DNA of 64,000 nucleotides from a virus. Lineage: Duplodnaviria; Caudoviricetes. The stretch covers positions 708 to 64,707 of the IMG/VR virus record IMGVR_UViG_3300035698_007626. One strand, given 5' to 3'. The position numbers and the translations under genes were made by a program. Below, piece after piece: positions 18,530 through 27,190 of this stretch (the first letter of the stretch is position 1; every line of letters begins with the position of its first letter). The notes below the pieces were generated by a model. The model did not search any database, was not told where the DNA came from, and saw only the letters and a program-made list of their open reading frames with translations.

Positions 18530-19240
18530 GGGCCTTCCTTGTGGATACGCTAAGCGAGCTACGATCCATGCCGGGGTTTGCTTATGAGGGGACAGGTCGT
18601 GTGTGCTTAACATACCCACAAGGAAGGAGACTCCCCACCGATACTGAGTAGCTCGGAAAGAAGCCTCACAACCATAGGTCGGTCCATATCGTTTTCTTCT
18701 CTTGGCCTTGCCAACTCCTTCGCTGCGTACTTCCCACCCGCCACGCTTTGCGTTCGCTTTTAACAGCTACTTGCTCCGGCCTTGACCATGGGTCAAAGCG
18801 TATGCACACTAAAAGGGGACCTAGTTGGCTCACCTCACCCTACTCTCGTAAGGGTTACGTCACTCCACCCTGCCAGCTCTCGCACCGGGGTATGGGAGTG
18901 ATTTCGCGTACTGTATCCTTGCAAATCTGAACACCCAGCTGGTCTTGCCAGCTAGACTAGTATGGTGCCTTCGCAACCTATACTCACAGACGGAGCGGAT
19001 ATCTCCGTATCACGGGATGGCAGCGGCCAATGGCTTGCTTCCACCGTGGGCTGATATGACCAGCCAACCACCTAGGATCATCGAGGATATCATCCTAAGC
19101 TCGCTGCAACTTCCAACCGGAACGACGCCGGGCTGGACAATTACAGCTATAGACCTTACAGTCTGACCGCTCTAGTTGCTTGGCTGGTCCCCTTAGGGAC
19201 TTGGTGCCATTGTGCAGGGAGCGATCGCCGCCTCGCCGTG
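18530..19240 (-). ncRNA. Candidate large structured non-coding RNA (~710 nt)
   Basis: No credible ORF; more than 10 hairpins, 23-bp 3' stem with G-U pairs, GAGA tetraloops; begins just downstream of the promoter at 19247-19275. Confidence 0.6.
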
Positions 19241-19246
19241 TTCGAA

Positions 19247-19275
19247 ATATGGGGCCGGGGGGCGGCGATTTCAAG
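19247..19275 (-). promoter_or_regulatory. sigma32 (RpoH)-type promoter, leftward
   Basis: CTTGAAA-N14-CCCCATAT. Confidence 0.7.
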
Positions 19276-19517
19276 GGCGATTTCTTGCGTTGTTTGGTCG
19301 ATTTCAGCAACAATCGGGCCGTCGAGCCGCCGCCCGGCGCAAGAATGTTTCAAAATCAGGCCCGGCCCGTGTCGGCGAGAGCGCGCATTGCCGTCAGTCA
19401 AAGGGGGCGAGGGACGCCCGGAGCTAGGTTGCCAACCTGTTGTCGGTATTCGTACAGGCAAGTAGGCGCGTGGCGCGATGCCAATTGCGACGCCAGTCCC
19501 GGTAATAGGGGGCGGGC

Positions 19518-19546
19518 CTTGACAGCGCCGGGTCCGCCCCCCATAT
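19518..19546 (+). promoter_or_regulatory. sigma32-type promoter, rightward
   Basis: CTTGAC-N15-CCCCATAT followed by GCCGGAATAATCCGGC hairpin. Confidence 0.6.
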
Positions 19547-19604
19547 GGTCCAGTGCCGCCGGAATAATCCGGCCGGTCTAGGTCAGCCAAGTAATGAGGA
19601 TACC

Positions 19605-19997
19605 ATGAGTAAATCACATAGCACGCAGTTTTCCGACGCCACCTTTGCAGGTACAGGCTGGTTGATTATAGGGAACAAGGGTTACTTCAACCAACATACC
19701 AGTGAGTGGACGCACCACGACGTGGCTGGTTGTGTCATCCATCAAAAGGCCATCGCCGCTTGCTTGGCAGGTACCCTGCGCAATCTGGACGGGGAAGGCG
19801 GAAGTAGTATCCATCTGTGCAAGGTGCCGCTATGGTATGCTTCCACCGTCTTGGCCTACATTGCCGCACCTAATAAGCGAGGGCGGCTGGTTACTACCTG
19901 CCCTAGTGAGGCACAAGTATTCCTTGATCCGCAGATAGCGCAACTTGCATCGAGCCTGTACCTTGAGGATAAGGATCAGGTGGATCAGGGTATTTAG
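19605..19997 (+). CDS. Hypothetical protein
   Basis: GAGGA RBS before ATG at 19605, downstream of a promoter. Confidence 0.55.
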   Translation: MSKSHSTQFSDATFAGTGWLIIGNKGYFNQHTSEWTHHDVAGCVIHQKAIAACLAGTLRNLDGEGGSSIHLCKVPLWYASTVLAYIAAPNKRGRLVTTCPSEAQVFLDPQIAQLASSLYLEDKDQVDQGI

Positions 19998-20022
19998 ACC
20001 AACCCGTTGTAGGTAATCGCAG

Positions 20023-20055
20023 GGCCTAGGCTGGCCTAGGCTGGCCTAGGCTGGC
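20023..20055. repeat. Three tandem 10-bp repeats GGCCTAGGCT (each containing the palindrome GCCTAGGC)
   Basis: Seen directly. Confidence 0.9.
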
Positions 20056-20111
20056 AGGGAACAGGATTGAGGATGGAAAAGCTAGGATAATCAACGGGTT
20101 AGCGGCCCGCC

Positions 20112-20139
20112 CTTGACTGCAGGGGATGCGTCCCCATAT
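20112..20139 (+). promoter_or_regulatory. sigma32-type promoter, rightward
   Basis: CTTGAC-N14-CCCCATAT followed by GCCGGGATGATCCGGC hairpin. Confidence 0.6.
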
Positions 20140-20183
20140 GACACGGTGCCGGGATGATCCGGCAGTTAATCTTGGAGATAAAA

Positions 20184-20558
20184 ATGACTGGCATTACCCA
20201 AGCAATGATTGACGAAATACGCAAGGCCAACCCGACCACGGCGGACGCCATGCAAGTGACGTACGACAAGGCGGCCAAGGGCGGCGGCGGCAAGCTTTCC
20301 GTGGCGATTCCGGCTGCGACCAGCAAGGGGGAGCCCAGCAAGGGCACCTTGCAGTTTCGGGGGATGGGGCGCTATCCTACCTCGGTTTATTGGCAGCACT
20401 TGTTGAGCATCCTAAAGATGTGTTCGGACGGGACCGTGGCCGATGCCCTGGTAAAGGACGCGGCGAATGTGTCATGGGATAAGGAAAGCCCCAAGGGGCA
20501 GGGGGCGCTGCCACGCGAGGAGATTGTGGCCAAGCTTGAAGCTGCAATGGGCAAGTAG
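20184..20558 (+). CDS. Hypothetical protein, paralog of 16933-17472
   Basis: KGTLQFRGMGRYPTSVY matches KGTVNVYGLQRWPVSLY; GGAG RBS. Confidence 0.65.
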   Translation: MTGITQAMIDEIRKANPTTADAMQVTYDKAAKGGGGKLSVAIPAATSKGEPSKGTLQFRGMGRYPTSVYWQHLLSILKMCSDGTVADALVKDAANVSWDKESPKGQGALPREEIVAKLEAAMGK

Positions 20559-20672
20559 GGCAACCGGGGGTTGGCAGGTAGCCAGCCCCCACCCCCCCAC
20601 CCAAAAAAAAGGGGGCAGGCTGTCGTCGTCGTATGCCTCCGCACCGAACTGACCTAATTTTGAACTTTTGCC

Positions 20673-20803
20673 TAACCCATTGAAATATAAGGAGAAAATC
20701 CCCCACCGCCCAACGCCCCCTAGGGCCCCGGCGCGGCGGGCCAGCCTACACAGGAGAGGCCCACATTATACCACACGCCGCCCCCGGCCCTAACCCATTG
20801 ATT
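20673..20803 (-). promoter_or_regulatory. IHF-like binding sites upstream of terS (also 20089-20101 on +)
   Basis: AATCAA-N4-TTA at 20791-20803 (-) and 20089-20101 (+); TTTCAA-N4-TTA at 20673-20685 (-). Confidence 0.55.
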
Positions 20804-20941
20804 TCATTGAACAAAGGAAACGCCCCCCAACGAAAAGGGGCCCCGCCCCAACCCGAAGGTCGAAAGCGGAGCCCCAATCGTGACCGGTCAAAAGATTCTG
20901 ACGTGGTCTTTCCCCAACCAAGATATTAACACAGCAGGCGG

Positions 20942-20971
20942 TTGCAATGCAACCCTGATTTTTTGTATAAT
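20942..20971 (+). promoter_or_regulatory. sigma70 promoter for terS (probably leaderless transcript)
   Basis: TTGCAA-N18-TATAAT, ATG 7 nt downstream, no SD. Confidence 0.65.
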
Positions 20972-20977
20972 ATACAT

Positions 20978-21454
20978 ATGGGAAAAAGTCACAAAGACCA
21001 AGAACTTACCGACAAAGAGAAAATGTTTACCCTTGAGTATATCAAGGACTTCAATGCCATGCGGTCGGCGGTGGCTGCCGGTTACACGCTGAACTATTCC
21101 AAGGCCAACTCCTACAAAATTCCGCGCCGGCCCCAAGTGCTGGCCGAGATCAATCGCTTGCAGGCCGAGCGCGTAAAGCAGACGGCCATGGACGCGGACG
21201 AGGTGGTGCGACGGCTCACCCGAATCGCCCAGAAGGCCGAGCATGAATCGCGCTACAACGACGCCATTCGGGCGCTCGAACTGATCGGCAAACATCTCCA
21301 GATGTTCACTGATCGCAGTGAGATCGAACTCACGTCCCGCAACCCCTACGCGAGCGGCAACGATGCCGAGGCGATGCTGCGCGACATTAAACACTTAACC
21401 AAGGTTCTGGGCGGCGGCAAGCGGCTCACGGACGATGAGGACACGCTCCATTGA
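20978..21454 (+). CDS. terS: Terminase small subunit
   Basis: LTDKEKMF..EYIKDFNA.RSA..AGY ... RALELIGKHL.MF (Terminase_2 pattern); directly upstream of terL. Confidence 0.9.
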   Translation: MGKSHKDQELTDKEKMFTLEYIKDFNAMRSAVAAGYTLNYSKANSYKIPRRPQVLAEINRLQAERVKQTAMDADEVVRRLTRIAQKAEHESRYNDAIRALELIGKHLQMFTDRSEIELTSRNPYASGNDAEAMLRDIKHLTKVLGGGKRLTDDEDTLH

Positions 21455-21599
21455 CCCTAACCCCCAAGTATAAGCTGGCGGCGCCGGGCGATTGTCCTAC
21501 CACGGTCTTCCTGTGGGGCGGCGTCGCATACACTCTTGCCTAAGCAGGATGCGGGCCTCACCGGCCTACAAAATCTTCTAGACTGGCTGGAGCCCGGCG

Positions 21600-23207
21600 A
21601 TGAGTAACGAAGAAACGCTGATCGCCGAGGTCGTCACACAGGAGGATCGCGATGCGCTAACGCGGCTGGCTGTAAAGACGGCGCGCGAAGATCTGCTCGC
21701 CTTCATCCTGCTACTTAACCCCGGCTTCTCGGTGGCGCCCCACCATAGGCTGATTTGTGACAAGCTCATGTCCCTAGAAGCGGGTGAGTTGCGCCGGCTG
21801 ATGCTCTTCGTTGCGCCGCGTTCTTCGAAGTCACTCATCTCCTCAATCTATTACCCGGCGTGGCTGTTCGGCAAGCACGGCGACTGGCAGTTTCTGGGCG
21901 TGTCGCATAGCGCCACCCTCGCCACCAAGTTTGGGCGCACCGTTCGAGACATCATTCAGTCACGTCAATTCAAGGTAATCTTCCCAGAAGTCCACGTCAA
22001 CCCAGGCCAGAGCGCTAAGGACCATTGGTCAATCATTCTTGGCCCGCGCATCAAAGACGGATTGCCGGGCGGTGAATACCTAGCTGCCGGCGCGGGCCAG
22101 CCTATTGCGGGCCACGGCGCCCATCAAGGCATGATCGACGATCCCATCTCCGAGCAGGATGCGTGGAGTGAGGCCAAGCGCAACACAGTTAACGAATGGT
22201 ATCCCGGCGGTTTCCGCTCCCGACTTATGCCCGGTGGCCGGGTCGGCATTATTCAGACGCGCTGGCATGAGATGGACTTGAGCGGCTATTTATTGCGCCT
22301 ATCCAAGGAACAGCCTCTGGCGGATCAGTGGGAAGTTATTCGTATTCCCGTCCTCAATACGTCCGAGTCCACAAAACTCCTTAACAATGCGCGCGACAAA
22401 CTAATCGACCAAGGTTACCTCAAGCCCGATTACCCGGAATTGCAGCCCGGTGAATCTTTTTGGCCGGCTCCCAGCGAAACAGACAACGACTACCACTGGC
22501 CCACCAGCGAAGTGCTTGCGACAAAGCATTCCATGCCAGAGCATCAGTTCGATGCCATTTATATGCAGGTGCCCAGCTCCAAGGGGGGAAACATTTTGCG
22601 CGCGGCGGACTGGCAGAAGTGGGACATGGAAAAGCACAAGGTGCCGCCGGTTTGCGACTACATCATCCAATCGTGGGACACGGCGTTCTCCACCAAGGAG
22701 AGTGCGGATTTCAGTGCCTGCACAACGTGGGGCGTTTTCCAAGAGGAGGGCAAAGCCCATCTCGTGCTCCTCGGCGCCACCAAGGGCCGGTGGGCCTACC
22801 CCACACTGCGCCAGAATGTTATCGAAAAGTTTAACGAGCACCACCCTGATGTCATCATCATGGAAAAGAAAGCCAGCGGTCAGTCGTTGATTCAGGAGCT
22901 GTCGCTCACAGGCATTCCGATGTATCCTTTCACACCGGAGAAAGACAAGATTACGCGTGCCCATTTGGCCTCAGAGATTTTTGCCCAGAAACGCATCTGG
23001 TACCCGAGTGGGCGCCAGTGGGCACAGGACGTCATAGACGAATGTACGCGCTTCCCCGCAGACCGGCACGACGACTATGTCGATACCGTTAGTCAGGCTG
23101 TGATGTGGATGCGCTTCGGTGGTTGGGTGGATTCTGCCCGTGACCGCTTGCGTGACGTCGATGAATATGATACAATGTCTAGCACAAAAAGTAGGGTATA
23201 TTACTAA
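21600..23207 (+). CDS. terL: Terminase large subunit
   Basis: APRSSKS Walker A, IDDP Walker B, QTRWH..DL.G, nuclease SWDTAF and HDDYVD. Confidence 0.95.
   Translation: MSNEETLIAEVVTQEDRDALTRLAVKTAREDLLAFILLLNPGFSVAPHHRLICDKLMSLEAGELRRLMLFVAPRSSKSLISSIYYPAWLFGKHGDWQFLGVSHSATLATKFGRTVRDIIQSRQFKVIFPEVHVNPGQSAKDHWSIILGPRIKDGLPGGEYLAAGAGQPIAGHGAHQGMIDDPISEQDAWSEAKRNTVNEWYPGGFRSRLMPGGRVGIIQTRWHEMDLSGYLLRLSKEQPLADQWEVIRIPVLNTSESTKLLNNARDKLIDQGYLKPDYPELQPGESFWPAPSETDNDYHWPTSEVLATKHSMPEHQFDAIYMQVPSSKGGNILRAADWQKWDMEKHKVPPVCDYIIQSWDTAFSTKESADFSACTTWGVFQEEGKAHLVLLGATKGRWAYPTLRQNVIEKFNEHHPDVIIMEKKASGQSLIQELSLTGIPMYPFTPEKDKITRAHLASEIFAQKRIWYPSGRQWAQDVIDECTRFPADRHDDYVDTVSQAVMWMRFGGWVDSARDRLRDVDEYDTMSSTKSRVYY
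23148..23176 (+). promoter_or_regulatory. sigma70 promoter for the portal gene
   Basis: TTGCGT-N17-TACAAT with extended TG. Confidence 0.55.
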
Positions 23208-25612
23208 TGCCGCCGAGCAATTTTGAAGCGCCTCTCACGACACTGCCTGAAATCCCCGAGTCTGTCGATTCAGGCTTGGATGGCGAAGTAGAAGTAGAGG
23301 TCGATGTTCCTTTTGATCCGATGATGGAAATGGGGGAGCCGGACCCGTTATCCCCCCTCGCACAGCATGACGATAACCTTGCTGAGTTCTTGGACGAGAA
23401 CGATTTGCAGGGCGTTGCCGACGAGCTCATGGAGCTTTACGAAGATGACGTCAGTTCCCGCTCTGAGTGGGAGGCCATTGCCAAAGACGCCATCAATATG
23501 CTGGGCTTTTCCGTAGATGAGCGCTCGGAGCCCTTCGAGGGGGCCTGTGGGGCCACCCACCCCGTCCTTTCGCAGGCGGTTATCAAGTTTCAGGCCAAGG
23601 CTTTTAAGGAACTGTTCCCCAGCGGGGGGCCGGTTCGCACACAGATCATGGGTGTGCACAATCCTGAGCGCGAGCAGCAGGCCAAGCGTGTAAAAGACTA
23701 CATGAATTACCAGACGACGCACCAGATGCCGGAGTTTGGGCGCGAACTGGACAAGATGCTCTTCTACGTCGGCCTCTTTGGCTCGGCATTTAAGAAAACC
23801 TACTATGATGGCGCCCTCAATCGGCCCACATCGCGCGTGGTGCGGGCGGAAGATTTTGTAATTGACTACTGGGCCTCGGATTTGGAGACGGCGGAGCGCT
23901 ATACGCACCGTCAGATCCTCTCAACCAACGAAATTAAGCGCCATATGCTCAATGGTGTGTTTCGTGATATCGAATTAGAGGACCCGACGCCCCCCGAGGC
24001 GGACGGTGTGTCCGAAACGGTGGACGAATTGCAGGGGCGCTCCCGCAATTACACCCAAAATGACCAACATACCGTGCTGGAAATGCACGTCATGGCCGAA
24101 ATTCCCGGCGATGAGGAAATCAACGGCCTATTGAAGCCGTATATCGTTTCAATCCACGAAGATTCGGGCCACGTCCTAGCTATTCGGCGTAATTGGAAGG
24201 AAGACGACCCTTCAATGGAGAAGCGCCAGTACTTCGTCCATTACCAGATGATTCCCGGCCTCGGTTTCTACGGATATGGCTACCTCCATCTGATTGGCGG
24301 CCTTACCAAGACGGCCACCGCCAGTATGCGGCAGCTTATCGACGCAGGCACGCTAGCAAATCTACCCGGCGGCTTCAAAGCCCACGGCTTGCGCGTGCTG
24401 GCGCCCGATGATCCCATTCAGCCGGGCGAATGGCGCGATGTTAACGCTCCGGCGGGCGATCTGGCCAAGTCGCTGCTGCCCCTTCCCTATAAGGAGCCGT
24501 CGTCCACCTTATTCAATTTACTGCAATTTGTTGTAGAAACGGCCAAGGAGTTTGCGGACAGCACCGACCGTATTGTGGACGAGGCATCCAACTACGGGCC
24601 GGTGGGTACCACCATGGCGCTCATGGAACATTCTACCAAGATGTTCAGTGCCATTCACAAACGCCTGCATTCGGCGCAAGCCATTGAATTAAACCTGCTG
24701 GCGCAGATCAACTCTGAATATCTGCCAGAGCAGTATCCCTACGAGCAGGCAGGGCAGGCTCAGAATATTTTCCGTGAAGATTTCGATATGCGTAGTATCG
24801 ACGTCATTCCAGTCTCTGATCCTAACATGCCCACCGCTGCGCACCGGATCGCCAAGATCAATGCCATCATGTCCATTGCCGCTTCGGACCCGGCGGCCCA
24901 TGATATGAACGCGATCCGCCTAGATCTTTACCTTGCTATGGGTGTGGACCAGCCTGAGAAGTACTTAGCCAAGCCGCCTCAACCCATCAGCGCTGATCCC
25001 ATCACCGAGAACAGCTCGGCCATGGTGGGCAAGCAGGTGGCGGCCCAGCCTCACCAGAACCACGACGCGCACGTCACTGTACATGCCAGCGTCCTGAACA
25101 ACCCGGCCTACGCCGAGATGGTGGGCATGCGGCAGATTCTGCTGGCCCACATCAACGAGCATCTGTCGCACAAGTTCCGCATGGAGATCCTGCAGATGGC
25201 GGGCGATCCGCAGATGCAGCAGGCTGTCATGGCGGGCGATCCGCTCGATCCGCAGGTTGAGAACCAGATTGCCATCATGGCGGCTGATGCCAGCGACGCC
25301 CTGCTTGAACTGGATCGCGTCAAGAGTGAAATCCTCGCCGGCAATCAGGAAGATCCGGTCATCGAATTGCAGCGTAAGGAGATCGAGTTGCGCGAGATGA
25401 AGGTGCAGAACGACGCCCTTAAGATGGCGCTGGCGCACGAGATTGACAAGGATAAGCTGACCCTCGATAGGGATAAGCTCAAGCTGCAAGAAGCCGAGGT
25501 CATGATTGATGATGCCAACACGGACCTTGATCGAGAGGCCCGCATCCAAATAGAAGAAAATAAACTAGCAGCACAGAAAGTAAAGAATAATGAGCGACCA
25601 AGCTCTAGCTAA
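23207..25612 (+). CDS. Portal protein
   Basis: 801 aa after terL; PFEGACGATHP, GSAFKKTYYD, PGLGFYGYG, DVIPVSDPN, C-terminal coiled-coil barrel. Confidence 0.9.
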   Translation: MPPSNFEAPLTTLPEIPESVDSGLDGEVEVEVDVPFDPMMEMGEPDPLSPLAQHDDNLAEFLDENDLQGVADELMELYEDDVSSRSEWEAIAKDAINMLGFSVDERSEPFEGACGATHPVLSQAVIKFQAKAFKELFPSGGPVRTQIMGVHNPEREQQAKRVKDYMNYQTTHQMPEFGRELDKMLFYVGLFGSAFKKTYYDGALNRPTSRVVRAEDFVIDYWASDLETAERYTHRQILSTNEIKRHMLNGVFRDIELEDPTPPEADGVSETVDELQGRSRNYTQNDQHTVLEMHVMAEIPGDEEINGLLKPYIVSIHEDSGHVLAIRRNWKEDDPSMEKRQYFVHYQMIPGLGFYGYGYLHLIGGLTKTATASMRQLIDAGTLANLPGGFKAHGLRVLAPDDPIQPGEWRDVNAPAGDLAKSLLPLPYKEPSSTLFNLLQFVVETAKEFADSTDRIVDEASNYGPVGTTMALMEHSTKMFSAIHKRLHSAQAIELNLLAQINSEYLPEQYPYEQAGQAQNIFREDFDMRSIDVIPVSDPNMPTAAHRIAKINAIMSIAASDPAAHDMNAIRLDLYLAMGVDQPEKYLAKPPQPISADPITENSSAMVGKQVAAQPHQNHDAHVTVHASVLNNPAYAEMVGMRQILLAHINEHLSHKFRMEILQMAGDPQMQQAVMAGDPLDPQVENQIAIMAADASDALLELDRVKSEILAGNQEDPVIELQRKEIELREMKVQNDALKMALAHEIDKDKLTLDRDKLKLQEAEVMIDDANTDLDREARIQIEENKLAAQKVKNNERPSSS

Positions 25613-25814
25613 ATATATAGACTCCCTGATGGTGGCCTTTCAAAAAGGCGAAGAGGAAGCCATTCAAAATGTGGTCGGCGACATGGGTCTCGCTGACATA
25701 GAACAATACCGCTATCAGATGGGTTATCTCTGCGCCATTCGCGACGGGATGTCCATAATTGCTAGCGAATATAAAAAACTAACAGGAGAGAATAACGATG
25801 GTGAAGAAGACTGA
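25590..25814 (+). CDS. Hypothetical head-module protein
   Basis: 74 aa with QYRYQMG motif, between portal and GroES. Confidence 0.6.
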   Translation: MSDQALAKYIDSLMVAFQKGEEEAIQNVVGDMGLADIEQYRYQMGYLCAIRDGMSIIASEYKKLTGENNDGEED

Positions 25815-26160
25815 AATCACTCCCGATACTATGAAGCGCCTCCCTGTCCCAGCGGGCTGGCGCATCTTGATGAAGCTGGTTGAGCCTGAGGGCGCGGTCG
25901 GTTCTATTATTTTGCCGGACGCGACCATTGAGGCCCAGAAGTACGCCACCATGGTGGGGCTTGTTGTTTCAGTGGGGCAGTTGGCTTTCAGCGGCGATCG
26001 TTTCTCAGGTGCCCTTGGCTGGGCGGTTCCGGGCGACTTCATTATGATTGCTAAGTTTGGCGGAAAGCGCTTCAAGGTTGATGGCGAAGAATATCGGATT
26101 ATCAATGATGATGAGATCATTGCCGTGCTGCCTGACCCAGATGCGGTTGCTGAAGCCTAA
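25798..26160 (+). CDS. groES: Co-chaperonin GroES (Cpn10)
   Basis: PAGWRIL, GSIILPD, GLVVSVG, PGDFI..AKFGG, DGEEYRIINDDEIIAV. Confidence 0.9.
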   Translation: MVKKTEITPDTMKRLPVPAGWRILMKLVEPEGAVGSIILPDATIEAQKYATMVGLVVSVGQLAFSGDRFSGALGWAVPGDFIMIAKFGGKRFKVDGEEYRIINDDEIIAVLPDPDAVAEA

Positions 26161-26164
26161 GGGG

Positions 26165-26202
26165 TTGAAATCCCACACATCACTGTGTTAATATTCAATT
26201 AA
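26165..26202 (+). promoter_or_regulatory. sigma70-like late promoter overlapping a TTAA-N7-TTAA box
   Basis: TTGAAA-N18-TAATAT with extended TG; TTAAtattcaaTTAA at 26188-26202. Confidence 0.5.
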
Positions 26203-26236
26203 GCGAAAAATCGTAGTTCGCTACTACGGAGGAAAT

Positions 26237-27190
26237 ATGAACGAAGACAAAAAGCTTGAGGACGATCTCGACTTCGAGATTGAAATCGAGGACACTCCCG
26301 TCGATGATGATTCATCCAATCTCGACGATAAGGAGCCTGAGGATGAACTCCCTGAAAATGATGACGATGACGAGCTACCCCCTCAAGACGAGGCGGATGA
26401 AGCTAGCAAAGCTGATTCTGCTGATGTTGAGGAAGATGAGGCTCCTAAGGGCACGCGCGCCGAACGGCGCATTCGCAAGCTATTGCGGCGAGCTAAGGAA
26501 GCTGAAGAGCGCGCCGAAGCCCTTTCCAAGAAGTTGGAAGATTCGGATGGCGCTCGGGTTAAGAGTGAATCTGTGGCCGTTCGCGAATATGGTGAACGCC
26601 TAGAGGCTCAGGAAATCGCTGTAAAGCGGGCCCTGACTGACGCTGTTAACGAGGGCGACGTCACTAAGCAGGTCGATGCGCAGGACAATCTTGCGCGCCT
26701 GAAAGCTGAGCGGGCCAACTTCGATGCATTTAAGTCTCGGAGGGGGGACCCTGATAAGCCCAAGGACGAGGCCAATGCTCCTAAGAAGGAGGACACGCCC
26801 GCCCCTCGGGGGCCTGATCGTCGAGCAATTCAATGGAACAAGCGCAATGATTGGTTTGGGGGCGAGAGCCGTCGGGACCAGATCAGAACGAATGCGGCGC
26901 TGTCCATTCATTCGGAACTTCTTGATGAAGGGATCGACCCTGAGAACGAGCCAGAGGAATATTACAATCAGCTGGACTTGCGTCTTACGGATGAGTTCCC
27001 GGAGTTGAAGAAAAAGAATACGCGGAGTAATCAGCGAGTGACTAATTCTAAGGCGGGTGCAGCGCGCAGTACCCAGAACGGTAAACGCAAGGTCAAGCTC
27101 ACACGCGAGCAAGTTAAAGCAGCTACTAAGCTGGGCGTTACCCTCGAAGACTATGCGCGGGAACTCATGAAGTTGGAGAACGCACAATGA
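26237..27190 (+). CDS. Capsid scaffolding protein
   Basis: Acidic N-terminus, coiled coil, WNKRNDWFG, C-terminal VKLT..QV..A.KLGV.LE.YA. Confidence 0.8.
   Translation: MNEDKKLEDDLDFEIEIEDTPVDDDSSNLDDKEPEDELPENDDDDELPPQDEADEASKADSADVEEDEAPKGTRAERRIRKLLRRAKEAEERAEALSKKLEDSDGARVKSESVAVREYGERLEAQEIAVKRALTDAVNEGDVTKQVDAQDNLARLKAERANFDAFKSRRGDPDKPKDEANAPKKEDTPAPRGPDRRAIQWNKRNDWFGGESRRDQIRTNAALSIHSELLDEGIDPENEPEEYYNQLDLRLTDEFPELKKKNTRSNQRVTNSKAGAARSTQNGKRKVKLTREQVKAATKLGVTLEDYARELMKLENAQ

Noticed and set aside
18530-19240. Group I/II intron, tmRNA, RNase P or tRNA cluster
   Set aside because: No GUGYG start or domain V, no P7 R/S elements, no GAGGAAAGUCC, no T-loop/CCA cloverleaf, and no interrupted gene.
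19095-19617. Several overlapping 70-150-aa ORFs in the divergence region
   Set aside because: Pro/Arg/Gly-rich, no RBS, and they overlap promoter elements; most likely non-coding.
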